A DNA stretch of 64,000 bases. Origin: a virus. Location: the IMG/VR virus record IMGVR_UViG_3300027851_000017, positions 9,303-73,302 of that record; one strand, written 5' to 3'. Below the pieces are notes generated by a model. That model was not told the origin of the DNA and made no database searches. It saw nothing but the letters and a program-made list of their open reading frames with translations. Positions 1 through 10,630 of this stretch are shown piece after piece (position 1 is the first letter of the stretch; every line of letters begins with the position of its first letter). The translations under genes were made by a program, and so were the position numbers.

Positions 1-510
1 ACCTCTGCTGAAGCTGAAGCAAAGACCGCGCTAACAGTGGCCGAACAGCAGCTAGCTGCACTTGAAATATCTAATAACTACTTAGGTAGTATTTCTTCGG
101 GTATTTCGCAGATTGTAGCTTCTATCGGGCTATCGGGAGCACTTGGTACTATCCTACCTACGCAGGCAGCTGCTAACGGCGGGTACATGCAAGGTCTTAC
201 ACTAGTCGGTGAAAAGGGTGCGGAAGTCGTAGACTTTAAGAGTCCTGGCAGAGTTTACTCAGCTAACCAGACCTCTGAGCTGTTTAGAAATATTCCGCAA
301 GGTAATAACAACGCAGCGTTGGTACGTGAAGTTTCAGCACTTCGACAAGAAGTTGCAGGACTGCGTAATGACCAGCACAAGCAGACTGGCGATCTCATCA
401 TGAGTAACTATGACGCTAACAGACAGAATTCCGCAGAAATAACTACAGCAATTACAGACGCAAACGACGATGCAACTTGGTCAGAGAAAAACCTAGTTGC
501 TATGAAATGA
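1..510 (+). CDS. 3' end of a large tail gene (tape-measure-like) entering from upstream of the window; last 157+ codons
   Basis: Frame is open from nt 1 with no stop. Position just upstream of tail tip genes. Ala/Gln-rich coiled-coil-like segment. Followed by a strong rho-independent terminator. Confidence 0.4.
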   Translation, partial: TSAEAEAKTALTVAEQQLAALEISNNYLGSISSGISQIVASIGLSGALGTILPTQAAANGGYMQGLTLVGEKGAEVVDFKSPGRVYSANQTSELFRNIPQGNNNAALVREVSALRQEVAGLRNDQHKQTGDLIMSNYDANRQNSAEITTAITDANDDATWSEKNLVAMK

Positions 511-538
511 GATAGAGCCCTTCGGGGCTCTATTTTCA
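511..538 (+). terminator. rho-independent terminator
   Basis: 9-bp perfect stem atagagccc/gggctctat with ttcg loop, then T-run. Confidence 0.7.
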
Positions 539-576
539 ATAGTTAGTGTACTTACTATTGAAAATAGACTTAAGGA

Positions 577-2121
577 GTGGTAATGAATAATTATAACGAG
601 TGGCTAAAGCGCCAAGATGTGGTGCGAGTACTTATCGCTCAAGTACAGGTAAGTATTGCTGGCGTACTGCAAACTAAGTACCTATCAACCGGCCCTGTTA
701 CGGTAGATAGCGTAGAATACCTACCGATCATAAGGGGCGGAATCGACATTTCATCTAGTATATCCCTAGAGTACACTAGTAGTATTTCGTTCGGAGATCT
801 AGATATTATCAACTCGCATAGAGGGTATGACGAATGGTTTAACTATAACTGGACTAATAAGTCGTGTAAGCTATACTATGGCGAAGTCCCGGCTAGTCCT
901 ACTAACCAAAGTCTTACTGCCGACTACGAGTTGGTATTCGATGGAATAGTCGAGGACATTGACGCCAAATCAGCCAATGTGTTAAGCCTTAAGCTTCGTG
1001 ATAAGCTAGAGAAGCTAAACTACCCGGTTACTGAAGCTTTATTAGGTAACTACTTTCATGGTGCAGTACTTAGCGATAGCGACCCTTCGTATACTAACCA
1101 ATCTCGTGCGGTAGTTAAGCCCTTAGTATTTGGTGAAGTTAATAACATCACGCCGCTATTGACCGACCCTACACAGTTAGAGTACATGGTTTCGGCAGTA
1201 GCGGTGGAGAACATTATTGAAGTGCTCGATAACGGCGTACCTGTAGCGTTTCACACAGTAAAGAAAGCTACAGAAATCGGTGACATCCCTCCAGGCAGCT
1301 TCAGACTAGATTTTCAGCCAGTTGGTACTATAACTGCGTCCGTACAGGGTGTAGCTAAAACAATAGACTTTACTAATGCTACCCATTCCGATAGTTACAC
1401 TAATACTATTGCAAATGCTATTGGCACTATACTAAAGTTCTACGGAAAACCTTTAGGGTATACTGAGATAGATGTACCTAGTTTCACTACTTTAGGTGCT
1501 GAGCCTATTGGTGTGTACCTCACTGACCGTACTAACTCGTTCGTACTGTGCTCCGAACTAGCAAAGAGTGCAAACTGCGTGCTAGCAGTTACTAGACAAG
1601 GCAAGGTAAAGTTAGTAGAGCTAGATGTACCTGTTACCGCTACTTACGCAGTACACGATGGCAACACTATCCTCAATAGTGTAAAGTTGGTAAGAAAGTC
1701 AGATGTACTTGCAGGCATTAAGTTAGGATACGCACGCAATTGGACTGTAATGGCTAATGTAGTGACAGGTATTCCTGAAGAACATAAAGATCTGCTTAGT
1801 ACAGAATACCTGGAAATTTCGGTAAAAGATGATGTCGCTAAAGAGGCCTACAGTGTTACGACCGAGCCAGCACTGGTTCCTACGTACCTAATAAGCACTG
1901 CAGATGCTACATCCAACGCAAATTCCCGCTTGACTTTACGTAGCACATCGCGTAAAATAGTCGGTATGCAATGCACTTCCGAACTTCTGCACTTAGAGGT
2001 AGGGTCACCTATCCTAGTTAATATCAACAGATTCGGAATACCTACAAATACTGTTGGATTGGTACTGGCTACGAGGCTAGACTGGTTGAACGGCAAGATT
2101 GACCTAGAAATATTGGTATAA
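577..2121 (+). CDS. tail structural protein (514 aa), distal-tail/baseplate-like by position
   Basis: Long ORF with SD-like GGAG upstream, directly preceding the giant fibre gene. No recognisable catalytic motifs. Confidence 0.4.
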   Translation: MVMNNYNEWLKRQDVVRVLIAQVQVSIAGVLQTKYLSTGPVTVDSVEYLPIIRGGIDISSSISLEYTSSISFGDLDIINSHRGYDEWFNYNWTNKSCKLYYGEVPASPTNQSLTADYELVFDGIVEDIDAKSANVLSLKLRDKLEKLNYPVTEALLGNYFHGAVLSDSDPSYTNQSRAVVKPLVFGEVNNITPLLTDPTQLEYMVSAVAVENIIEVLDNGVPVAFHTVKKATEIGDIPPGSFRLDFQPVGTITASVQGVAKTIDFTNATHSDSYTNTIANAIGTILKFYGKPLGYTEIDVPSFTTLGAEPIGVYLTDRTNSFVLCSELAKSANCVLAVTRQGKVKLVELDVPVTATYAVHDGNTILNSVKLVRKSDVLAGIKLGYARNWTVMANVVTGIPEEHKDLLSTEYLEISVKDDVAKEAYSVTTEPALVPTYLISTADATSNANSRLTLRSTSRKIVGMQCTSELLHLEVGSPILVNINRFGIPTNTVGLVLATRLDWLNGKIDLEILV

Positions 2122-2122
2122 T

Positions 2123-5100
2123 ATGGCCCAATTACTAAATTACAGAAATGCACTATTACAGGCCGCAACGCAGCGTGTAATCGGCTCCGCCGTAGTTGTA
2201 ACTAGCGGCGCGGCCACCTCGCTAAACGTACCTAAGGGGTCTAACACTACGATCCCTGGTACTATCACTCTTACGGCTTCTGTAACTAAGTTCGTATCGC
2301 CAGCCTACGCGTGGTACTACAAGAAATATGAAGACGCAGCGTTCACGTCAATTGCCGGACAGACACTACATACATTAGACGTTGTAGGTGATTCGGCATT
2401 TCTAACAGCTAACCTTACCACTAGTGCTGTACAGTACAAAGTGATTGTAACTGAAACTGGCGCCGCATATCCGAGCACTGCTGAGTACACAGTTACTATC
2501 CCTATTTTGCGTGACGGTACAGATAGTACGTTAGGGTTCTTAACTAATGACTCTGTAGCCGTACCGGCAAACGAGGTAGGTGTAGTGCCTGCCGATGCGT
2601 ACAGCGCATTAACCTCTACACTAGTAATTTACCGTGGTACTGTTGACGACTCCGCAAACTGGAGTGCCGCTATTAGTGCGTACACACCAGGCATTACAGC
2701 TGCGCTAGTAAACGGTAAGACAATATCCATAACCAATATCACCTCCGAGTTTAACTCTGGTTATGTGGAAATAGAAGCTACAAGACAGAATTACGCTAAT
2801 ATCGTAAAGCGCTTAAGTATAGCTAAAGTTGCTACTGGTATTTCACCTACTATCTACTCTATTGAGCCGAACGTATACGCGATCGCAAAGAATCCAGACG
2901 GTACGTACAACCCTGCAGCGGTAACATTCTCTAGCTATAGCGTTACTGGTAATACGAAGACTGCCTACCTGGGCCTTATAAACATCTACCACAATGACTC
3001 GGCAACTCCAGCGTATGTCTCGCAAGCCCCAGAGGCAGTAAAGACGTATACTATACCAATCGGGATTAGTACGCTGCGTGTAGAGCTCCTATCGAATGGT
3101 TCTCCTTCCGCAGTACTAGACTCGCAGACTATACCTATTGCAGAAGCCGGATCTAGCTCAGTAGACATTATAGTTACTAACTCTACATTCGTAATCCCTG
3201 CCAACGCTAATAATGATGTATTAAGCTACATCAACTCCGGCACTAATATTACAGTACGTGAAGGTACCAACCCTTTAGTATACAGAAATAGCCTATTAGG
3301 GCAAGTGTCTAGCTTTACGGTAGGAACAGCTACTCTTAGCACCGGGTCTGGTATTACAGTTGGCTCCGTTAGCGCCGGCAGCGATGGTAGTACGGTAGCA
3401 ACTATTTTGCAGCATTCTAACATGCTGCAAGCAATAGACAGTATTATCATTACATACCCTGTTACATACGTACGCGCAAACGGTTCACAGGCTACAGAAT
3501 ACGTAACTCAAAGTATTACTAAGGCCGTTCCCGGGTACCGCGGGTCTAGAAACGTGTACGGATCCGACCCTAGCTACACGGCTACATATGATTATGACGG
3601 AGTAGGTGTTACTGCTCCAGGTGCTGAAAGTTACGCTAAGAAGGCCGATGATCTAATATACGCAGCTACGCTTAATAGCTCGCCTAGAACTCCTATTGAA
3701 GGTGATACAGTAACCTTCAGTAATAACTCTAACTACGTATACACTATTACGTATAAGGCAAACACTAGTGCTTGGGAGCCCCCTGGTACAGTAATTGACG
3801 GCAGCTTGTTAGTTACTGGTAGTATTACTGCTGATAAGTTAGATACCCGTGAACTTACAATACGCGATGCATCTGGTAATATAGTGGTGCAAGCTGGTGC
3901 ACCTATAGACTGGACTAAACTAGGTACTCCTAGCGCGAACCTTACGGGTCTAGGGTACACTGGTGCGTTAGACGCAACACGTAATGTATTCAGAGGAGCA
4001 TGGTCTACTTCTACCGCATACGTTGCTGGCGACAGTATAACATATAATGGCTCTACATGGGCGGCAGTACTTGCACATACTTCTGTAAACGGTACTAATA
4101 ACCCGCCAACACTGCCTACAATAAGTAATACTTGGTGGACGCTTGTCGCTGCCAAGGGCGATAGCGGGGTAAATGGCACGCGCACGGCCATTCTGGAGAT
4201 GTACCAATGGGCGGCGAGCGCGCCAACCACGTTCCCCTCTGGCAGTTCGACCTACACATGGGCAACTGGCCAGTTCACTGCCCCGGCAACCGTCAACGGC
4301 TGGAGCCTAACGCCGCCCGCGCCCGTGGCTGGGCAAACATTGTGGGTGTGCCGAACCATCTTCGCTGACTCCTTGACATCTGCAACCAGTGCTATCGCAT
4401 GGAGCGCAGCCACGGCAGTTGCCGCTGGCGGAAGCGGGGCTAGCGGTGTCAACGGCACGCGCACGGCCGTGCTTGAGCTATACCGCTGGTCGGCCTCCAC
4501 GCCGACTACGTTTCCTTCTGGAAGCTCGACCTACACATGGACAACGGGCGCCTTTACGCCCCCCGCAACACTTAACAGTTGGGGCCTGACGCCAGGTGCG
4601 GCAGTTGCGGGCCAGACCCTTTGGGGATGTTCCGTCACCTATGCGGACACCGAAACATCAGCCACCAGCGCAGTGACATGGTCAGCAAGTACCGCTTATG
4701 CAGTTGGAGCAGCTGGGTCTAACGGTGTTGATGGATCGGCCGGTGCGAACGCTATTTCTGCGATCTTGTCCAACGAAGCTCACGTCTTCCCAGCTGCTAG
4801 CGACGGCACAGTTGCGACCTACGCGGGATCTGGCACTGAGGTGCGGGTGTTTGAGGGCGCGACCGCGCTGACCTATGACGGGGTTGGCACGTCAAACGGC
4901 ACATGGACGGTGTCCTCGGCGGTCACGAACATCGTGCGTGGCACCCTGACCGACTCAGGGACGTTTTTGACTGTAGGTGCCCACTCAGGTGTGGCGGCAG
5001 GCACTGACACATCAGTGATTGTCTACACGATCACCGGAAAGACGGCGGTCGGCACACCCTTCACGATCACAAAGAACCAGACCTTCAGCAAATCGAAGGC

Positions 5101-8100
5101 CGGGGCGGCTGGGGCAACTGGCGCGGCAGGCTCAAACGCGACAGCCTATTGGCTTGTCACCAGCGCACCCGCTGTGCAGAAGTCGGTGGGCGGTGTCTAC
5201 ACGCCGTCCGTTGTCACGTACTCGTCCATGTCTGCCACGGGGACCGCCGCCCCCGCTGCATATGCTGGCCGGTTCATCATCGCAACCTCGACGGACGGCA
5301 CTACCTACACAGACCAGTACACCTCCGCAGCAAACGAGTCATCCAAGGCATTCACGATCCCTGCGAACATCAAGACGGTGCGAGTGCGCGCCTACCTGGC
5401 AGGCGGCACGACCACTCTGCTTGATGAGCTGATCACCGCTGTGGTTTCTGATGGAGCCACGGGTGCGACTGGTGCGACGGGACGCTACGGTTTGAATTTT
5501 GCAGAAGCGAAGTCCATGTTCACTGACCCGACGTTTCAGGTCGGGAGCAACTCAGTAGGCTTGTACAACAACGCGGGCGGCGGGACGGTGACGCATACGC
5601 GGGAAGCTAGGCAAACAGACTCTCCATTTACTGACTCTGGTTTCAACATGAAGATTAGCAATACTGGGGCTGCCAGCCCTGGTATTGGCGGTTTCATCCA
5701 CTCGTTTAACGGCAGAGCGAGCGCAGTATTTGTTCAGCGAATTGTCGCAAAGATTCCTGTCGGCTACACGATTGAGCAAGCCACCAACGCAATCGGAGAT
5801 GGGGCCACTAACGAGTGGATCACTCCGCAGGCTGGTACTGGCAAGTTTGAGGAATACATCCTAGTTCGTCGTTGCGGCGCAACCGGCACGTTCAGCGGCT
5901 CAGGGCATATCTACTTGAACGGTGCTGCAGGCTCTGCTGGCGCTCCAGTCAACTGGTACGTTGCGTATGCTGCGACTTACGACTTCACAGCCGTGGGCTT
6001 TGGAGCCGTCACGGCTGTGTTGTCGAATGAGACACACACCATTCCAACTGACAGTGCAGGCAACAACGGCAACTTCACAGGTAGTGCCACAACGGTGACG
6101 ATCTACAACGGCACGACAGACGACTCGGCCAATTGGACTGTCGCGGCAACCCCGATTGCTGGAGTGACTGGCTCTCTGGTCGGTAAGACCTACACGGTCA
6201 CTGCGATGACTGTGGACACAGGTTATGTGGACCTGGTTGCATCTCGTTCCGGATACGCAAGCGTGACCAAGCGGTTCACGCTTGCTAAGTCAAAGGCAGG
6301 TGCAACAGGTGCTTCCGGCGCTACAGGTGCTGCTGGTGCTCAAGGGCCCTCAGTCGTTGTGACACCAGATCGCGTGACCACCTTCACAGCTACAGACGGT
6401 ACTCTTGACGCATCGCAGGCAAACATCGTCTTCACAGCCGCTGTCTCTGGCGTTGCAAGCCCTACCTATGTGTGGTCCTTCTCAGGCTTCCAGACAGCAC
6501 CCACCAACTCAGGTACGTCAACTCAGACGATTACTGCCGCCCAGTTCGGAACAGCGAAGTCGGCCATCGTGACCTGCACAGTCAGCGGCACGTATACAGA
6601 CAAGGTGACCATTGTTCGCCTTGAGAAAAGTACGGCTGCCGCTGGGGCTACTGTAGGGGCTACATGGGGCACGAATATCTCAGGGCAGCCTGCTAACAGT
6701 ATCATCTATAACAGTTCCGTAACACTGGCTGCAGACGGCACTCTTAACGGCGCTGGTGGCGGGCAGGTCACACTCCCTGGCATGGGACTGTCCAGTTATA
6801 GAGTTGTTGCGGCTGGCTACACCGCCACAAACAAACCCACCGGCGCAGGCCTCTACGACGCCAAGACTGGTGGGCTTCTCGTCGGTCTTGCGTCCATGTA
6901 TCGGGTGGTGAAGATTCACAGGACTACCGGTGTGCTGACCAACGTTGGTGGTTGGAATGTGTTGGCTGGCGGTACAAACTCTGCGGATATGGCGGCTGCA
7001 CTGAATGCCATCGGCAATGACCATATCGTCGTTGTATTCACGAACGATGAGCCAGCAGGCAATCGCCTTACTGGCGGGTTGCCCGCTGCAATGTACCGCT
7101 GTGGAGCAAGTCGTGGAGTGTTCGGCTCGTCGTCATTCCAGGGGAGAAGTGCCTACGCCCTGATCGGCATTGCCGGGTGCGGGGAAGGCAACGGGGCTGA
7201 GTTCTACCAGGGCGAAATCTACGGGGACGCGAACGCATGGATTGACGCTTCGTTTTCCATCATTGGCGGAAACCTTGTCGGTGTCTCGGGAAGCTATACA
7301 CCGAGAACATTGACTGACTACGGCTACACAGGGGCATTAGACGCCAATAATACCTACGTCGATGCAAACGGTGCAATTCAGGGCGTAAGCAGCGGAAGCG
7401 GTACCGCAGTGAATAACGCATTCTTAGATACGTTGACATTCACTACGACAAACGTCACTGTTTCAGGTAACACTTTCAAGAAGACGGGCGGCGTGCAGGG
7501 TCAGTGGGACGCACAAGCCTACACAAAGGAGAGTTACACGCTTGGAGCCTACGCATCGTTTAGTCCGGATCAGTCTACTGGAAATAGTATGGCAGGGTTG
7601 AACACTGACCCAGCTACGGATGCGAGCTACTCGTCCATTGACTATGCGGTGTACTTTGCCAACGGCACAGTCACGATCTATGAGTCGAATGTATCCCGTG
7701 GGAACTTTGGAACTTACGTTGCCGGGGACATTTTTGGCGTGACCTACGATGGTGTGAACGTCCGATACTATAAGAATGGTGGACTGCTACGAACAGTCGC
7801 AGCAACCATTTCTGCACCACTGTACTTTGACTCGTCCATTTACACTCTGAATAACTCCATCTCCAAGGTGAAGTTTGGGCCTATGTCGTCGAGCTCGTGG
7901 AGCAGTATCGGAGGGACTGGAAAACCTGCTGATAATGCCACCGTAGGTGCTCCAACAGGGACTTATGTAGGCGGTGTGCTCGCAGAAACAGTTGCAGGGA
8001 AAGCCGATGGTGCCTTACAAAAAGCAGGAGACGCCATTATCGGGCCAGTTACCTTCGCCACCAATGGGGGGATCCTCGCTGCTACGGATGCAGATAACGG

Positions 8101-8290
8101 CGTCTTTATGGGGCCGAATGGTTTAGTAGGTAAAAAGGCAGGAGTGAATACATTCGTTCTTGATGCTCAAGGACAACTTGGGATAGCCTCAGCCACTTCA
8201 GGTGCGCGTATGGAGATTAAGAATAACGTGATTAAGGTTTTCGATGCAAGTGGTGTGCTTCGCGTGCAGATTGGGGACTTGACAGTATGA
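2123..8290 (+). CDS. giant tail fibre / tail tip protein (2055 aa) with collagen-like G-X-X runs and internal tandem repeat
   Basis: 2055-aa ORF. Runs such as KAGAAGATGAAGS, DGATGATGATGRYG, KAGATGASGATGAAGAQG. 93-aa tandem duplication. Strong GC shift inside the gene. Confidence 0.55.
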   Translation: MAQLLNYRNALLQAATQRVIGSAVVVTSGAATSLNVPKGSNTTIPGTITLTASVTKFVSPAYAWYYKKYEDAAFTSIAGQTLHTLDVVGDSAFLTANLTTSAVQYKVIVTETGAAYPSTAEYTVTIPILRDGTDSTLGFLTNDSVAVPANEVGVVPADAYSALTSTLVIYRGTVDDSANWSAAISAYTPGITAALVNGKTISITNITSEFNSGYVEIEATRQNYANIVKRLSIAKVATGISPTIYSIEPNVYAIAKNPDGTYNPAAVTFSSYSVTGNTKTAYLGLINIYHNDSATPAYVSQAPEAVKTYTIPIGISTLRVELLSNGSPSAVLDSQTIPIAEAGSSSVDIIVTNSTFVIPANANNDVLSYINSGTNITVREGTNPLVYRNSLLGQVSSFTVGTATLSTGSGITVGSVSAGSDGSTVATILQHSNMLQAIDSIIITYPVTYVRANGSQATEYVTQSITKAVPGYRGSRNVYGSDPSYTATYDYDGVGVTAPGAESYAKKADDLIYAATLNSSPRTPIEGDTVTFSNNSNYVYTITYKANTSAWEPPGTVIDGSLLVTGSITADKLDTRELTIRDASGNIVVQAGAPIDWTKLGTPSANLTGLGYTGALDATRNVFRGAWSTSTAYVAGDSITYNGSTWAAVLAHTSVNGTNNPPTLPTISNTWWTLVAAKGDSGVNGTRTAILEMYQWAASAPTTFPSGSSTYTWATGQFTAPATVNGWSLTPPAPVAGQTLWVCRTIFADSLTSATSAIAWSAATAVAAGGSGASGVNGTRTAVLELYRWSASTPTTFPSGSSTYTWTTGAFTPPATLNSWGLTPGAAVAGQTLWGCSVTYADTETSATSAVTWSASTAYAVGAAGSNGVDGSAGANAISAILSNEAHVFPAASDGTVATYAGSGTEVRVFEGATALTYDGVGTSNGTWTVSSAVTNIVRGTLTDSGTFLTVGAHSGVAAGTDTSVIVYTITGKTAVGTPFTITKNQTFSKSKAGAAGATGAAGSNATAYWLVTSAPAVQKSVGGVYTPSVVTYSSMSATGTAAPAAYAGRFIIATSTDGTTYTDQYTSAANESSKAFTIPANIKTVRVRAYLAGGTTTLLDELITAVVSDGATGATGATGRYGLNFAEAKSMFTDPTFQVGSNSVGLYNNAGGGTVTHTREARQTDSPFTDSGFNMKISNTGAASPGIGGFIHSFNGRASAVFVQRIVAKIPVGYTIEQATNAIGDGATNEWITPQAGTGKFEEYILVRRCGATGTFSGSGHIYLNGAAGSAGAPVNWYVAYAATYDFTAVGFGAVTAVLSNETHTIPTDSAGNNGNFTGSATTVTIYNGTTDDSANWTVAATPIAGVTGSLVGKTYTVTAMTVDTGYVDLVASRSGYASVTKRFTLAKSKAGATGASGATGAAGAQGPSVVVTPDRVTTFTATDGTLDASQANIVFTAAVSGVASPTYVWSFSGFQTAPTNSGTSTQTITAAQFGTAKSAIVTCTVSGTYTDKVTIVRLEKSTAAAGATVGATWGTNISGQPANSIIYNSSVTLAADGTLNGAGGGQVTLPGMGLSSYRVVAAGYTATNKPTGAGLYDAKTGGLLVGLASMYRVVKIHRTTGVLTNVGGWNVLAGGTNSADMAAALNAIGNDHIVVVFTNDEPAGNRLTGGLPAAMYRCGASRGVFGSSSFQGRSAYALIGIAGCGEGNGAEFYQGEIYGDANAWIDASFSIIGGNLVGVSGSYTPRTLTDYGYTGALDANNTYVDANGAIQGVSSGSGTAVNNAFLDTLTFTTTNVTVSGNTFKKTGGVQGQWDAQAYTKESYTLGAYASFSPDQSTGNSMAGLNTDPATDASYSSIDYAVYFANGTVTIYESNVSRGNFGTYVAGDIFGVTYDGVNVRYYKNGGLLRTVAATISAPLYFDSSIYTLNNSISKVKFGPMSSSSWSSIGGTGKPADNATVGAPTGTYVGGVLAETVAGKADGALQKAGDAIIGPVTFATNGGILAATDADNGVFMGPNGLVGKKAGVNTFVLDAQGQLGIASATSGARMEIKNNVIKVFDASGVLRVQIGDLTV
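4167..4725 (+). repeat. in-frame tandem duplication (2 x about 279 nt = 93 aa) inside the giant fibre gene
   Basis: Copy 1 starts GVNGTRTAILEMYQWAASAPTTFPSGSSTYTWATGQFTAPATVNGWSLTP. Copy 2 starts GVNGTRTAVLELYRWSASTPTTFPSGSSTYTWTTGAFTPPATLNSWGLTP. Confidence 0.7.
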
Positions 8291-8559
8291 GTTTTGGTAT
8301 ACAGACACGGAATAACTTAGGTACTCTATTGATTAGTCCAGATAGTAGAATAACTAGGGCAGTGTCCAGATTTAATATAGCCTTGACTATACGGGGGACT
8401 GTCTCAATAGTCGTCCCAGGTTATACTGATGACGGCACCTGGGCGTTTTTTACGGATGACTATGGTGCGGTGAGAAAATCAGTAAGTGGCAATACATTTA
8501 CATTTACAGAACTTTTAGGTAAAGACACCGCACTTGTTTTAATAGTTTTTAGGTATTAA
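8287..8559 (+). CDS. hypothetical protein (90 aa)
   Basis: ORF start overlaps the stop of the fibre gene (translational coupling pattern). Confidence 0.35.
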   Translation: MSFGIQTRNNLGTLLISPDSRITRAVSRFNIALTIRGTVSIVVPGYTDDGTWAFFTDDYGAVRKSVSGNTFTFTELLGKDTALVLIVFRY

Positions 8560-8561
8560 TT

Positions 8562-9269
8562 ATGCAAGGATTGACAGTATTAAATAGCTCAGGATTTAAA
8601 CAAATTGATCAAGAGTTTACTAATCATGTTTTAATAGCACGAGGCACAGCTGTACTTCCAGCCGCCTATCTGCAGAATGGTAATCATGTAGTGTCTGCAA
8701 CAGTAATACCGTTTCCTGCCGTATCTGAAATGCCTATGGTATTTGTAAGAACGCCAGATGGGGGCAGAGTAGTATTCGGTACATCTGGCCCCATCGCGTA
8801 TAGCGAGCCAGCTATAAACAACGTAAAATGTTTTTGTCCGGATACTGCTTCAGCAGTTACTATAGAGTACTTGGTGTATTCCGCAGATACTAGTATTATT
8901 ACCCCTGAGGGTACCCACGGTATTATAGTAAATAAGTCGGATGGGTCGAAATGTTTTGACAGTAGAATGACGTACCCAAACATAGTAATGTCCAGTACAT
9001 ACGTAATGAGTACGACTAATCCGGCGTTTGGCACTAATCTAATTTTTAATGTACCTGGTAACGGTAACCTATATTTTTTGCTCAATGCTACGGGGTACTT
9101 GGTTAATAGTTTTGGTGGCGGGTCTAACAGCAGATACTATAACTCTCAGCAAACGGTAAATAATAGCACGTATGAAATCAGTTGGACAAGATTAGTCGGG
9201 TCCTTCCCTGGAAGTATAGATAGAACTGGTAATTTATGCAGAGTCATGGCTATTAGAGTTGATTATTAA
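8562..9269 (+). CDS. hypothetical tail/virion protein (235 aa)
   Basis: Co-oriented and tightly packed with the structural genes. Confidence 0.4.
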   Translation: MQGLTVLNSSGFKQIDQEFTNHVLIARGTAVLPAAYLQNGNHVVSATVIPFPAVSEMPMVFVRTPDGGRVVFGTSGPIAYSEPAINNVKCFCPDTASAVTIEYLVYSADTSIITPEGTHGIIVNKSDGSKCFDSRMTYPNIVMSSTYVMSTTNPAFGTNLIFNVPGNGNLYFLLNATGYLVNSFGGGSNSRYYNSQQTVNNSTYEISWTRLVGSFPGSIDRTGNLCRVMAIRVDY

Positions 9270-9284
9270 GATGGTAAAGAATTT

Positions 9285-9899
9285 ATGAGTAACATTAGTA
9301 AGCTAGCGCAAGTAACTGAGTTAGGTAAGCCGCTTTGTGTGTTTGAGCCTTTTGAGGGATTGCCTTTTGGTAGCGGCGATATAGACTCAACTACAGGAAT
9401 TAGATATATAACCGCTCCGCCAGATATTAGCGAGTATGTCTTACTTACAGAGTACTACTACTTACAGAATAGCTGGGTACATGTAGGCCTGCCTCCGTCT
9501 ATGTGGCATACAGTGTCACCTCAGTCACTACAATGGGAGTTACCTAATCTAGCAGAGGCTAGGCTCTTTTACTTAGAATCCTTAAAAGCCAGCAGAGACA
9601 CCAAAGAATTCAGCCCATTTACATACAACGGCATGACCTTTGACGGCGATCTTGACGCCAAGCGCCGCCTTAGCGTCCTGGTTTCTGCTGCTAAGTCTGC
9701 TATTGCTGCTGGCTACAGCTTCACCAAGGACTTCACGCTTGCTGACAACACCGTTGTCCAGCTCACTGCTGAAGACTTCATTGGCATTGAAATGGCAAAG
9801 CTCTGGCAGGTTGACGTTGCTTTCCAGGAGTATCGTCTGAAGAAGGCCGCGATCGAAGCAGCCGCAACTTTGGAAGAGCTTGAGGCCATCACTATTTAA
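9285..9899 (+). CDS. hypothetical virion protein (204 aa); C-terminal part GC-rich
   Basis: ORF with upstream AAGA..ATG spacing. GC-rich 3' half. Confidence 0.4.
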   Translation: MSNISKLAQVTELGKPLCVFEPFEGLPFGSGDIDSTTGIRYITAPPDISEYVLLTEYYYLQNSWVHVGLPPSMWHTVSPQSLQWELPNLAEARLFYLESLKASRDTKEFSPFTYNGMTFDGDLDAKRRLSVLVSAAKSAIAAGYSFTKDFTLADNTVVQLTAEDFIGIEMAKLWQVDVAFQEYRLKKAAIEAAATLEELEAITI

Positions 9900-9907
9900 G
9901 GAGTCAA

Positions 9908-10630
9908 ATGGCAGCAAATAAATTGCGTATTCTATACGCCAACAAACTAAGCGCAGCAGTCGGAGGGGCAAGCCCCTCCAACCTGCTGAATGACTATAAA
10001 TCCCAAACTAGCTCGGCTGACTCATTCACGTTAACCACTACAGCAGTCTCCGGACCGGTGGCAGTTATTGCTATGCTTGCAGAAGATACTACATCGGTAA
10101 CGATGACAGTATCTGGAACGTCTAATGTGGAGTCTACTGTCTCACAGGTAACATCTACAGCTCCTGTAGGTTACGGTGGAGGTAAGTATATTGCTGTATA
10201 CTTTAATCAGGCAGTGTCCGCAACTAGTTTCACAGTATCATTTAGTAAAGTTGTCAAAGTAGCTAGATTTATAGTAGGTAACTACTGGGAGCCTACGTAT
10301 AGCGCACCTTTTGGTATGCAAGTAACATACGAAGATACTACCACTAATGACAGACTGCAAAGTGGTGACTTATACTCTAATTTAGGTCCGCGACATAAGG
10401 TACTAAGCTTTGAGCTTGAATACCTGAATGACGCAGATAAATTTAAGTTATTCGATATCATGAAGCTGATAGGCAAGTCTAAGCCTATTTTTGTATCTCT
10501 ATTCCCGGAGTCTACCGACGAAGATAGGGAGCAGATGTACTCTATATACGGAAAGTTTCAGTCGATACCTACTATTAGCTACGCGATGTACACTAAGTAT
10601 ACATCTAGTGTACAGCTAGAGGAAATATAA
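9908..10630 (+). CDS. hypothetical virion protein (240 aa)
   Basis: GGAG SD upstream; tight packing. Confidence 0.4.
   Translation: MAANKLRILYANKLSAAVGGASPSNLLNDYKSQTSSADSFTLTTTAVSGPVAVIAMLAEDTTSVTMTVSGTSNVESTVSQVTSTAPVGYGGGKYIAVYFNQAVSATSFTVSFSKVVKVARFIVGNYWEPTYSAPFGMQVTYEDTTTNDRLQSGDLYSNLGPRHKVLSFELEYLNDADKFKLFDIMKLIGKSKPIFVSLFPESTDEDREQMYSIYGKFQSIPTISYAMYTKYTSSVQLEEI

Noticed and set aside
1848-2168. 106-aa - strand ORF at the junction of the tail genes (plus other short antisense ORFs 2843..4500, 8684..9085, 9582..9971)
   Set aside because: They are antisense to tightly packed + strand structural genes and have no independent signals.
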